Positions 1 to 12,217 of a stretch of 64,000 nucleotides of DNA are shown here, piece by piece. This stretch comes from Macrostomum hystrix (lineage: Eukaryota; Animalia; Platyhelminthes). The position numbers were made by a program, and so were the translations under genes. The notes beneath the pieces were generated by a model. That model worked only from the letters and a program-made list of their open reading frames with translations, made no database searches and was not told the origin of the DNA. Every line of letters begins with the position of its first letter. Within the stretch, counting starts at the first letter, position 1. Location of the stretch: assembly GCA_950097015.1 (NCBI GenBank), contig CATNEN010000034.1, forward strand, positions 7,757,654-7,821,653, written 5' to 3'.

Positions 1-444
1 GCCAGTCATTACCCACGATCCTTCTTAACTGTGGAACTAAGCCTAAGTAAAGTTTACAATAAAAGCACTATAATGCACTGGTGTTCGATTTTACGTAAAA
101 TTTAGCACGTGAACAACACAAAATGCCGCACCGTTTATCGGGTCCAACAAAGTGACAGGTGCAAAAAAAACATTGTAGAGAGCACTGCTACATTAAACTG
201 AAATTTAAATTATGTCCGGCCTGTATTAGAAGCAAAGCTGTGTTAACTATTAAAGCTCGAGTTTTAGAAATATTGAAGATGTAAGATATAAGTGATACGC
301 TAAAATATAATTGATGATGATTTAATTGTTGCACTTCTTACATAGTATAAGTATACTAATTTTATGTACTCTGAATTCTCTTATTAAGTCAATTAATTAA
401 GTCGTCTAATCAAGTCACTTCTATTATTAAACTAGATTTCTAGC

Positions 445-1065
445 ACTCTCCGCTCAAACTATCTTCTCTGCCACAACTCTCCGCTCATCCTATCTTACCT
501 GCCACAACTCTCCGCTCAACCTATCTTCTCTGCCACAACTCTCCGCTCAACCTATCTTCTCTGCCACAACTCTCCGCTCATCCTATCTTCTCTGCCACAA
601 CTCTCCGCTCATCCTATCTTCTCTGCCACAACTCTCCGCTCATCCTATCTTACCTGCCACAACTCTCCGCTCATCCTATCTTCTCTGCCACAACTCTCCG
701 CTCAACCTATCTTCTCTGCCACAACTCTCCGCTCATCCTATCTTCTCTGCCACAACTCTCCGCTCATCCTATCTTCTCTGCCACAACTCTCCGCTCATCC
801 TATCTTACCTGCCACAACTCTCCGCTCAACCTATCTTCTCTGCCACAACTCTCCGCTCAACCTATCTTCTCTGCCACAACTCTCCGCTCAACCTATCTTC
901 TCTGCCACAACTCTCCGCTCATCCTATCTTCTCTGCCACAACTCTCCGCTCAACCTATCTTCTCTGCCACAACTCTCCGCTCAACCTATCTTCTCTGCCA
1001 CAACTCTCCGCTCAACCTATCTTCTCTGCCACAACTCTCCGCTCAACCTATCAACCGCTCAACCT
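445..1065. repeat. 31-bp minisatellite, about 20 copies
   Basis: Unit ccacaactctccgctca(t/a)cctatcttctctg. Confidence 0.95.
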
Positions 1066-1308
1066 CCGCTTTGTTTATAGTAAGTCGCACCGTTAAAATA
1101 AAGAGAACAGTTATTTAACCAACTGCATGTTAAACTTGTTAAGGAAAACATTAATAATACTCGTAGCTAAGAAACTACAATCAAGAGCAGTCCTGATTAG
1201 CTGTTAGAAAAAAATCGGATAAAAAGTTTGATAAACAGTTGAAACTAGGCATAAGCAACAGACAATTAATAGAGGAAACACGTATTATATGATTAACAAG
1301 GAACTGAC

Positions 1309-1362
1309 TTCGTCTGGTATTGACCCAGGCGAGCAGCTGGCAGACCATAAGATGCGGAGCTT
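1309..1362 (-). CDS. Possible further RIC1 exon (54 nt, phase 1-1)
   Basis: Preceded by aatttcag and followed by gtcagt; encodes xAPHLMVCQLLAWVNTRR, loosely like the RIC1 C-terminal segment FAAQLGFELISWLCKER (recalled). The link to exon 12 was not established. Confidence 0.3.
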
Positions 1363-1640
1363 CTGAAATTACACATTTAACAGTAATTAGGCCACTTATG
1401 CGTTTCGATGGTCATCTGTTAAACTGTGCGTAAACTCAGAACACAGATTGATTAATATGCATTGCTAATATTACAGTAAAACAAAAAACAGTTGCATGCT
1501 TCATCAAAAGTTTATGATAAAATAGACCGTTACGAGATAAATATTTTTTTATACTCTAAGTTACTACTTATCTTGTATGAGTATAATATGTGAGGCTTGA
1601 AACTACTAGTATGCGACCATACTAGTTATTTCACCTAACT

Positions 1641-2048
1641 AGCCAATCCAGTCACTCCACTAAATCAGCCAATCAAGTCACTCCACTAAATCAGCCAATC
1701 CAGTCACTCCACTGAATCAGCCAATCAAGTCACTCCACTAAATCAGCCAATCAAGTCACTCCACTAAATCAGCCAATCAAGTCACTCCACTAAATCAGCC
1801 AATCCAGTCACTTCACTAAATCAGCCAATCCAGTCACTCCATAAGACCAGCCAATCCAGTCACAGCATAAGACCAGCCAATCCATTCACTCCACTAAATC
1901 AGCCAATCCAGTCACCCCATCAGACCAACCAATCCAGTCACTCCACTAAATCAGCCAATCCAGTCACTCCACTAAATCAGCCAATCAAGTCACTAAACCA
2001 AATTAGCCAATCCAGTCACTTCATCGAACCAACCAAACCAGTCACTCA
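1641..2048. repeat. 26-bp minisatellite, about 15 copies, each with CCAAT
   Basis: Unit gtcactccactaaatcagccaatc(c/a)a. Confidence 0.95.
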
Positions 2049-2179
2049 GTAGTATCGCTGAATTGTATCTAGCATATGAAATGCCTTGAATGCAGTTTTA
2101 TACCGCCAGCCTGGATTGGACACAAGCCACACAAATCCAGCACCTTAAATGCAAGCTTAATTTTGAAAAAAATCACTGC

Positions 2180-5100
2180 TTACCGCCTAGCAGCGAAAGT
2201 GTCGGGTCCATCCGGGCCGGACACTCCGGGCTGTCCAATCTTAAGCGGGCCAGACGGGTAGCGCATGGCGCCAGCATGATGCCGCTTTGGTTGGGGTGCC
2301 GGAGCGGCGGCGGTGGCAGCGTCGGCCAGCTCGGCAGGATCGATACTCTTTAAAAAGCGAATGAGGTCGCGAGCTAGATTCCAGTCCTCTCGATCTAACG
2401 CAGCGTCCAACAATAGGGTGGCGTGCTGCTTGCTGACAATGGGCTTCTCCGTATTCTCCAGGATCAGCAGATAGGAGGCGGCAGTCTTCAGTTGGCCGTT
2501 GACTAGGCTAACTTCGAATAGATCTTTGGGACTGCCGACATTGGCGAATAGGTAGGGCCAGAGGGAGACTTCCGTCTTGCGAGCGCACCTGGCAACAGTG
2601 TCCAGGTACTGGGCTGGGAATTCTTGAACGAATGCCACCACGCGGGGTAGAAGAGGGTCAGGCACCGGCTCCTTGCTGGTGGCCTCCTCTTCTAGCACTT
2701 CGTGTAGCAGTAGCTCCAGGCAGTGGTTGAAGTAGGTGAGGTGTGAGCACGACTTGGCTATGTGCAGCGCGTGGTGGCCGAGGCTGTACGGATCGGAAAG
2801 AGAAATATATACTAGATCGTCAGTTCTTGGTTGGTAGACAGTGAGATTCAGGCTGGGATAACATGGTAGACAGTGAGATTCAGGCTGGGATAATATGGTA
2901 GACAGTGAGATTCAGGCTGGGATAATATGGTAGACTGTGAGATTCAGGCTGAGATAATATGGTAGACTGTGAGATTCAGGCTGGGATAACATGGTAGACA
3001 GTGAGATTCAGGCTGGGATAACATGGTAGACAGTGAGATTCAGGCTGGGATAACATGGTAGACAGTGAGATTCAGGCTGGGATAACATGGTAGACAGTGA
3101 GATTCAGGCTGGGATAATATGGTAAACTGCGTGGAATATGTAAAGTCGACTCACTTTTTCCTCAGCAATTGTTTTACAATGTGATTAAGAAATATTTGAC
3201 TCTGAAATAAAAAGAAAGTTTGTTTAAGTTAAATTGTTACTGTAAAGTTGTCGGTAAAATTCAAACTAATAGAATATAATAACAAACCGTCTTCTCGATC
3301 ACATTGAACGGCATTAGGGCCAGAGAGGACACATTGTCAGACGAGCCAGAAATTCTGCCATGAGACAGTGTCAGACTGATGGACTGGGACACTTCGTTGA
3401 TGCAGCTCAGGAACAGTACCTCCTCGAATAGGACCACTGTTGGACGTTATCGAGTTTTTTGTGCACAAACTCTTAAAATCTCACCCTCCGATGACAAACT
3501 ACTAAAATCTCCCCCTCTGATGACAAACTGCTAAAATCTTACCCTCCGATGACAAACTACTAAAATCTCACCCTTCCAATGAAAAACTACTAAAATCTCA
3601 CCCTCCGATGACAAACTACTAAAATCTCACACTAAAGATTACAAAATGCTAAAATCTCACCCTCCGATGACAAACTGCTAAAATCTCACCCTCCGATGAC
3701 AAACTGCTAAAATCTCACCCTCCGATGACAAACTGCTAAAATCTCAACCTCCGATGACAAACTGCTAAAATCTTACCCTCCGATGACAAACTACTAAAAT
3801 CTCACACTAAAGATAACAAAATGCTAAAATCTCACCCTCCGATGACAAACTACTAAAATCTTACCCTCCGATGACAAACTACTAAAATCTCACACTAAAG
3901 ATTACAAAATGCTAAAATCTCACCCTCCGATGACAAACTACTAAAATCTTACCCTCCGATGACAAACTACTAAAATCTCACCCTCCGATGACAAACTGCT
4001 AAAATCTCACCCTCCGATGACAAACTGCTGAAATCTCACCCTCTGATGACAAACTGCTAAAATGTCACCCTCCGATGACAAACTACTAAAATCTCACCCT
4101 CGATGACAAACTACTAAAATCTCACCCTCGATGACAAACTACTAAAATCTCACCCTCCGATGACAAACTACTAAAATCTCACCCTCCGATGACAAACTGC
4201 TAAAATCTCACCCTCCGATGACAAACAACTAAAATCTCCCCCTCCGATGACAAACTACTAAAATCTCACACTAAAGATAACAAAATGCTAAAATCTCACC
4301 CTCCGATGACAAAACTACTAAAATCTCACCCTCCGATGACAAACTACTAAAATCTCACACTAAAGATTACAAAATGCTAAAATCTCACCCTCCGATGACA
4401 AACTACTAAACTCTTACCCTCCGATGACAAACTACTAAAATCTCACACTGAAGGTGACAAACCGCTAAAATCTCACCCTCCGATGACAAACTGCTAAAAT
4501 CTCACCCTCCGATGACAAACTACTAAACTCTTACCCTCCGATGACAAACTACTAAAATCTCACACTGAAGATGACAAACCGCTAAATCTCACCCTCCGAT
4601 GACAAACTGCTAAAATCTAACACTAAAGATGACAAACTACTAAAATCTCACACTAAAGATGACAAACTACTAAAATCTCACACTACAGATGACAAACTAC
4701 TAAAATCTCATACTCAAGATGACAAACTACTAAAATCTCACACTACAGATGACAAACTACTAAAATCTCATACTCAAGATGACAAACTACTAAAATCTCA
4801 CACTAAAGATGCCAAACTACTAAAATCTCACACTACAGATGACAAACTACTAAAATCTCATACTCAAGATGACAAACTACTAAAATCTCACACTAAAGAT
4901 GCCAAACTACTAAAATCTCACACTAAAGATGACAAACTGCTAAAATCTAACACTAAAGATGACAAACTGCTAAAATCTCACACTGAAGATGACAAACTGC
5001 TAAAATCTCACACTGAAGATTACAAAATGCAAATATCTCACACTAAAGATGACAAACTACTAAAATGTCACACTAAAGATGACAAACTGCTAAAATCTCA

Positions 5101-8100
5101 CACTGAAGATTACAAATAGCTAAAATCTCACACTAAAGATGACAAACAACTAAATCCTAAAATATTTATTATGGGAAATCTCACCGAGAGGGTAGATCTC
5201 CACGCAGAATGGCAGCATAATCCGTTTAGACAGATAGCCTTTTGACTCTCGATTTGAAGACACCAGGGGCAGCCAGACCCGCATTCCCTATTGTAAACAC
5301 AATATCCGGACTAATCATTAGTATAAATGGTTACGAAGCCAAGCAACGGAGGTCCGAAGCTCGCATCTGTCTATTTGAGTTCGGATTTACCTGCGAGCCG
5401 CAATTCAGCCAGATGGAATCGGTAACGTGGCGTTGCCGCTGGGCGGGCGTCCTCGGTCTGTGGTGCGGGGTCCACACTATTTCAACATTGGTGGCGATTA
5501 CCATCGGAGAGGAGAACGGCAGCGGCCGAGCAGCGGAAAACCCGGCCAAGGAGGCGTTCTGCTGCTGCTGCTGCTGCTGCTGATGCTCATAGGCGGCGCT
5601 GGCGTGAGTAACTGGCATGAGACCGCCACGATCTCTTTGAAAAAAGAACAATCTACCAGAATAATTGACTAGCACAGACTCTGGGTACGGATTCTGCTGC
5701 TGCTGCTGCTGATTAGACGGCCCACCGGAGTGCTGCCTGCTGCGGCCCATAAAGTCCACAGAGTCGATGGCGCCGCCGCTGCCGCCGCCGCTAGCTGAAG
5801 GAAAGGCGCCGCCAATCTCTGATCGCAGATTAGTGAGGCAGATTTGCAATACACAGCTGGCATCCAGCATATAGCTGGACAAGCTGAGCTCTTGGACATG
5901 GCTGAGTCTGGCCTGGCCTGGCTCGGCCTCCGATATAGTGAACATGTCCAGCTGACAGTTGGCACTCAGCAATACCAGATGGTTGCCAAGCAGGTTCACT
6001 AGCTGGGGCTGGCGCACGTGCTGAGCCAGCCGGTACAGGCAGGCCTGTGAGTTGTCTAGGCGCGCCTGGCGGGGATAAACTCGGAGCTGCGGCGGCGGAG
6101 GCGGGAGAAGGCATAAGGGAGAGTGTTGGTTCGAATCTAAAAAAATAGTTTATGAGATAGAGACAGGCGTAGATAAGGGTGAGATAGAGACAGGCATAGA
6201 TAAGGGTGAGACAGAGACCGGCGTAGATAAGGGTGAGATAGAGACAGGCATAGATAAGGGTGAGATAGAGACCGGCGTAGATAAGGGTGAGATAGAGACA
6301 GGCATAGATAAGGGTGAGATAGAGACCGGCGTAGATAAGGGTGAGATAGAGACAGGCATAGATAAGTGTGAGATAGAGACCGGCGTAGATAAGGGTGAGA
6401 TAGAGACAGGCATAGATAAGGGTGAGATAGAGACAGGCGTAGATAAGGGTGAGATAGAGACAGGCGTAGATAAGGGTGAGATAGAGACCGGCGTAGATAA
6501 GGGTGAGATAGAGACCGGCGTAGATAAGGGTGAGATAGAGACAGGCGTTGATAATGGTGAGATAGAGACAGGCGTAGATAAGGGTGAGATAGATACAGGC
6601 ATAGATAAGGGTGAGACAGAGACAGGCGTAGATAAGGGTGAGATAGAGACCGGCGTAGATAGGGGTGAGATAGAGACAGGCGTAGATAAGGGTGAGATAG
6701 AGACAGGCGTAGATAAGGGTGAGACAGAGACCGGCGTTGATAATGGTGAGATAGAGACAGGCATAGATAAGGGTGAGATAGAGACCGGCGTAGATAAGGG
6801 TGAGATAGAGACAGGCATAGATAAGGGTGAGATAGAGACCGGCGTAGATAAGGGTGAGATAGAGACAGGCATAGATAAGGGTGAGACAGAGACAGGCGTA
6901 GATAAGGGTGAGATAGAGACCGGCGTAGATAAGGGTGAGATAGAGACAGGCATAGATAAGGGTGAGACAGAGACAGGCGTAGATAAGGGTGAGATAGAGA
7001 CTGGCGTAGATAAGGGTGAGATAGAGACAGGCGTAGATAAGGGTGAGATAGAGACAGGCGTAGATAAGGGTGAGATAGAGACAGGCGTAGATAAGGGTGA
7101 CATAGAGACATGTATATAAGGAAGGGTGAGACAGACAATGGAAACAGACAGACTATGAGTATGAGCTCACCTCGGCTCTGCCACTCTCCAGGCTGACCGC
7201 ACTCACGCAGACATAGTCGGAGCCCCACCAGACCAGGCCGCCTTGCACAATGAAGCCGCGCTCCTGTGTCTCATTGCCGAACAGTTTCCATTTGCGGCTG
7301 GCGATGGCGTAGTGCAGAAAGCCGCGCGTGCCCGCCACGGCCAGATAGCGGCCGCTCTCGTCAATGCTCACGTGCTAAAAGGAAGGCGGCAACAGAGGCG
7401 GAGGGATTATTCAAACTGTTTACAGTAGAAACCTAAGGGGGGAGTCTGAGACTGGGACAAAAACTGGGACAAAAAATTGAACAGGCTTTTTTAGGACTAG
7501 TGAGACAAAATGAAACGAGAATGGGGGCTAGGCATAGCAGACTGAGAATTGAGGAAGACAGAGGTGGGAAAGAGGTAGACAGGTGAGTAATTAGTAGACA
7601 GGTGAGTAATTAGTAGACAGGTGAGTAATTAGTAGACAGGTGAGTAATTAGTAGACAGATGAGAAATTTGTAGACAGTTGAGAAATTAGTAGACAGAGCT
7701 GGGTAAGTTTTAGACAGAAGAAAAGAGGTAGACAGCTGAGTAAGAGGTAGACAGCTGAGTAAGAGGTAGACAGCTGAGTAAGAGGTAGACAGCTGAGTAA
7801 GAGGTAGACAGCTGAGTAAGAGGTAGACAGCTGAGTAAGAGGTAGACAGCTGAGTAAGAGGTAGACAGCTGAGTAAGAGGTAGACAGCTGAGTAAGAGGT
7901 AGACAGCTGAGTAAGAGGTAGACAGCTGAGTAAGAGGTAGACAGCTGAGTAAGAGGTAGACAGCTGAGTAAGAGGTAGACAGCTGAGTAAGAGGTAGACA
8001 GCTGAGTAAGAGGTAGACAAGGTGAGTAAGAGGTAGACAGGGGTGAGTAGTAAGAGGTAGACAAGCGAGTAAGAGGTAGACAAGGGTGAGTTAGTGGTAG

Positions 8101-11100
8101 ACAGGGGTGAGTAAGAGGTAGACAGAGCTGAGTAAGAGGTAGACAGAGCTGAGTAAGAGGTAGACAGAGCTGAGTAAGAGGTAGACAGAGCTGAGTAAGA
8201 GGTAGACAGAGCTGAGTAAGAGGTAGACGGGTGAGTAAGAGGTAGACAGAGCTGAGTAAGAGGTACACAGAGGTGAGTAAGAGGTAGACAGGCGAGTAAG
8301 AGGTAGACAGGCGAGTAAGAGGTAGACAGCTGAGTAAGAGGTAGACAGCTGAGTAAGAGGTAGACAGAGCTCAGTTAGTGTAGACAGGGGTGAGTAAGTA
8401 GACAGTGAAGTAAACAGCCTTCTAAGCAGCTAGAAAACAAGTCTCACCCTGATAGGCCAGTGTGCGGTAATGTACAACGGCGGCACGCTAGCCGAGTGCC
8501 AGCTCTTGCTGCCGCCGTACAATTGAGCAGGCTCTGCGCCGCTAGTATGCGGATGATGCGGCGATAGCAGCACCCGGTCAGGGCCGGCCTGCACAATGTG
8601 CCGCAAATTTCCCTGACAGGGATTGTCAACAAGGCCGCATTTTAAAAAGTTAAACAAAGACAAGCCGCCGCGCTCGCTGATGGTGGCCATGAGGTAGCCG
8701 TGGCAGCACCAGCAGGCGTCTAGCAGCGCTGGCGCCGGTGGTCCAGCAGCCGGGATTGACAGCAGAAGGAAGCCGCCGGCAGTCCACAGCGCAATGTGGC
8801 CCCGATCCCACAGGCCTAGCAGTGCGGCGCAGTCGGGAGTCCAGCGCAGCGCCAGCAGTTGAGTCTGCTGTCCGGCAGCCAGGCCCAGTCCTGGCGGGTG
8901 ATGCTTCGGCGTCAGGCGGAACCGATTGCTCATGGAGAAGGCGCCGGTCTCATCGTCAGCGGTGAAAATGGCAACGTCGGTGCCACGACCGCCGAAGGCC
9001 ACGGTGCGGTATTTGTTATTGACAGACATGCAAGTGGCGTACTTTAGATTATCGGCCAGGATGCCTTCGACGAGCTGCGGGGCGAGAGTGTTTTGGGAGT
9101 GTGTTGGGATGGGATTGGCTGAAACCTAGCTTTGAGTTCGAATGAGAACGGGAGAGAGCGAGACACAATGAACATATTGTTAGACCGTGTTCATGGCAAT
9201 TGGTTTAATAATTTAGGAGATACAGAAAATGAAGATGGGAGAGAAAGGGCAGGGTCAGCAAGTATTACAATCGGCAACACGGAAAACAGTTGCACAGGTC
9301 CGCACCTTCTGGTCCAGCCTAGTAGCCGAATTCGTAGCCAACAAGGCCGCCTTGCCGTTAGACAGAAGCAGGACAAAGACGCCCAGGCTGGGACTGAACT
9401 CCAGCTGGCGACAGTGCAGCCCATCCTCGGCTAGCCTAGTGCCGCGCGAATGCTCCAGATCGTAGAAAAATGTCACCTGACGCAGGTCAACAAACTGCTG
9501 CTGCTGTTGCTGAGTTTGCTGCTGCTGCTGCTGCTGTTGCTGCTGATTTGGCTGTCCAGTTTGCAAGCCGCCAGTCCAACGCAATCTGCGCAACAAGCCG
9601 TCCCGAGTAGCCACAACGAGGTCGTCTTTGAAGTGGCACATAGAAGCAACCGGACTGCCTAATTGAATAGCATCAGTTAGACGCATGGCCACCAGCGGCT
9701 GCCTGCCCGGCGCCGCCTTGCCCGACCGACCCTGCCGACTAGAAAGTTTATTTGGAAAGGATGTTTTGCAGCTAATGCACGACTGGGTAGCCGTTTTATA
9801 GCTTAGTTAGTTAGCCTACTATATATTTATATACTGTTAGCTTGTACTATGTCAGTTGTCATTCCCTACACTGTGTCAGTTGTCATTCCCTACACTGTGT
9901 CAGTTGTCATTCCCTACACTGTGTTAGTTGTCATTCCCTACACTGTGTCAGTTGTCATTCCCTACACTCTGTGTCAGTTGTCATTCCCTACACTGTGTCA
10001 GTTGTCATTCCCTACACTGTGTCAGTTGTCATTCCCTACACTCTGTGTCAGTGTCATTCCCTACACTCTCTGTCAGTTGTTATTATCTACACTCTGTGTC
10101 AGTTGTTATTATCTACACTCTGGGTCAGTTGTTATTCCCTACACTCTGTTGTGTCAGTTGTCATTCCCTACACTCTGTTGTGTCAGTTGTCATTCCCTAC
10201 ACTCTGTTGTGTCAGTTGTCATTCCCTAGACTCTGTGTCAGTTGTCATTCCCTACACTCTGTTGTGTCAGTTGTCATTCCCTACACTCTGTTGTGTCAGT
10301 TGTCATTCCCTAGACTCTGTGTCAGTTGTCATTCCCTACACTCTGTTGTGTCAGTTGTCATTCCCTACACTCTGTTGTGTCAGTTGTCATTCCCTACACT
10401 CTGTTGTGTCAGTTGTCATTCCCTACACTCTGTTGTGTCAGTTGTCATTCCCTACACTCTGTTGTGTCAGTTGTCATTCCCTAGACTCTGTGTCAGTTGT
10501 CATTCCCTACACTCTGTTGTGTCAGTTGTCATTCCCTACACTCTGTTGTGTCAGTTGTCATTCCCTAGACTCTGTGTCAGTTGTCATTCCCTACACTCTG
10601 TTGTGTCAGTTGTCATTCCCTACACTCTGTTGTGTCAGTTGTCATTCCCTAGACTCTGTGTCAGTTGTCATTCCCTACACTCTGGGACAGTTGTCATTCC
10701 CTACACTCTGTGTCAGTTGTCATTCCCTACACCCTGGGTCAGTTGTTATTATCTACACTCTGTGTCAGTTGTTATTATCTACACTCTGGGTCAGTTGTTA
10801 TTCCCTACACTCTGTTGTGTCAGTTGTCATTCCCTACACTCTGTTGTGTCAGTTGTCATTCCCTAGACTCTGTGTCAGTTGTCATTCCCTACACTCTGGG
10901 ACAGTTGTCATTCCCTACACTCTGTGTCAGTTGTCATTCCCTACACCCTGGGTCAGTTGTTATTATCTACACTCTGGGTCAGTTGTTATTATATTCACTC
11001 TGTGTCAGTTGTCATTCCATATACATAGTGTCAGTTGCCATTTCAACACCATATGAGCAGTCATTAGTACGCGGGTTCACGGATATTTGTTACGATATTA

Positions 11101-11779
11101 TTGTTACAATTTTATGCTTACATATCCAAATCGGTAACCAACACTGAACTGTCGGCATCGCCCAGGTCAACAGTTAAGATAAGTATGTAACCGAGAGTGG
11201 TCTACAAAAATAACAATTTTAATAAGTTGACAGGTGTAGTGAGTTTAGTGAGTTAAGCCACAGATTCCTGAGCATCAGATAATTTACCGAAGCGGCCAGA
11301 TAAGTTCCAGTTTGGCTGAGCAAAACTAATTGAGTCTCGCCATAATGACCAACAGACTCCTGGGATCGATTGTATGAGCACAGCTGGATGCAGGTCTGCA
11401 AAATAAATCAACAATACAAGCTTATCCAATGATAGAAGCATATAGTGGATAACAAATTGAGCTGTCCCACTGGTTGTAGATCAGGCCCTAACTGGGTTCT
11501 CCAATAATTTTATTCTCTCCTCTAAAATAAATTACAAAAGTACTCACCCGAACATTGTAAATGAAAAATGAATGGTCTGAAGCAAACAGAACAAGGTGCG
11601 GTTGGTCAGAAAAAGTCTGTAGAAATGGATGGCCTAAAAGACAAAAGTGTAAAAGTTTTTATTATTGCAATGAATGCATATTTAATGAAAGTATTCCAAT
11701 GCTTACTTAGCAAGCGACTTTTCCAAGAAAATGCAGTACAATCAGTGAGCAGTTTTGGCCATCCAGATAGAAAATACAT
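2180..11779 (-). CDS. RIC1: Guanine nucleotide exchange factor subunit RIC1 (RIC1-RGP1 complex, RAB6 GEF), 12 coding exons; 3' end may continue below 2180
   Basis: Exons (minus strand): 11779-11707, 11633-11548, 11395-11288, 11201-11122, 9738-9306, 9074-8448, 7374-7171, 6086-5391, 5287-5185, 3436-3288, 3201-3155, 2783-2180. All introns are GT-AG and phases are compatible (3210 nt, 1069 aa if it ends at TAA 2182-2180). Recognised RIC1 motifs: [103 protein letters not shown]. Confidence 0.93.
2833..3125. repeat. 32-bp minisatellite, about 9 copies, in RIC1 intron 11
   Basis: Unit ggtagacagtgagattcaggctgggataa(c/t)at. Confidence 0.95.
3465..5160. repeat. 29-bp minisatellite, about 58 copies, two subtypes, in RIC1 intron 9
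   Basis: Units ctaaaatctcaccctccgatgacaaacta and ctaaaatctcacactaaagatgacaaacta. Confidence 0.95.
6152..7125. repeat. 27-bp minisatellite, about 36 copies, in RIC1 intron 7
   Basis: Unit gagatagagac(a/c)ggc(g/a)tagataagggt. Confidence 0.95.
7572..8410. repeat. 19-bp minisatellite (21-bp variants) in RIC1 intron 6
   Basis: Unit gagtaagaggtagacagct. Confidence 0.95.
9845..11045. repeat. 24-29 bp modular minisatellite with an 84-bp higher-order repeat, in RIC1 intron 4
   Basis: Core gtcagttgtcattccctacact with optional ct and gtt spacers. Confidence 0.95.
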
Positions 11780-12217
11780 GCTCAAAGCTAGAAACTGAAT
11801 ATTCTCATCTGAAAAAATAAACAATTGCATTTTTGCTAGCTTTTTCAACTTGAATGACATTATTTTTTATGTCAATTGCTTTTTAGTCAAGTTTGACTTA
11901 GTGATATAGTAGAAAAATGCTATTTTACAGCTAGAAAGACAAACTTAAGGATCACCAAAAGCTCCCTTTAAGTGCTTGTTTATAGATATATAGAAATGTT
12001 GCATGAGAACTACACAATGGTAACACATAGGCTTGTTTAGCTTTTAGCCAGCTACCTAGCTAGAAATATAGCAAGGTAAATGAAAGTTCTGCAATATATA
12101 GTCTTTAATAACAGTTGCATATTTAAAATATTGTATTGTTTTGTTTTGGTTTCTTAAGCAATATATAGATATATATTCTTAAATATATATATATGAGTAA
12201 TATTTTATATTTACAGA

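Noticed and set aside
6137-7228. 363-aa and 317-aa ORFs (LSHPYLRLS and ISPLSTPVS repeats)
   Set aside because: They are translations of the 27-bp intronic array between two well-defined RIC1 exons; open only because the unit is a multiple of 3 without stops.
9842-11147. Cys-rich ORFs up to 404 aa
   Set aside because: Antisense translations of the RIC1 intron 4 minisatellite; no unique coding sequence.
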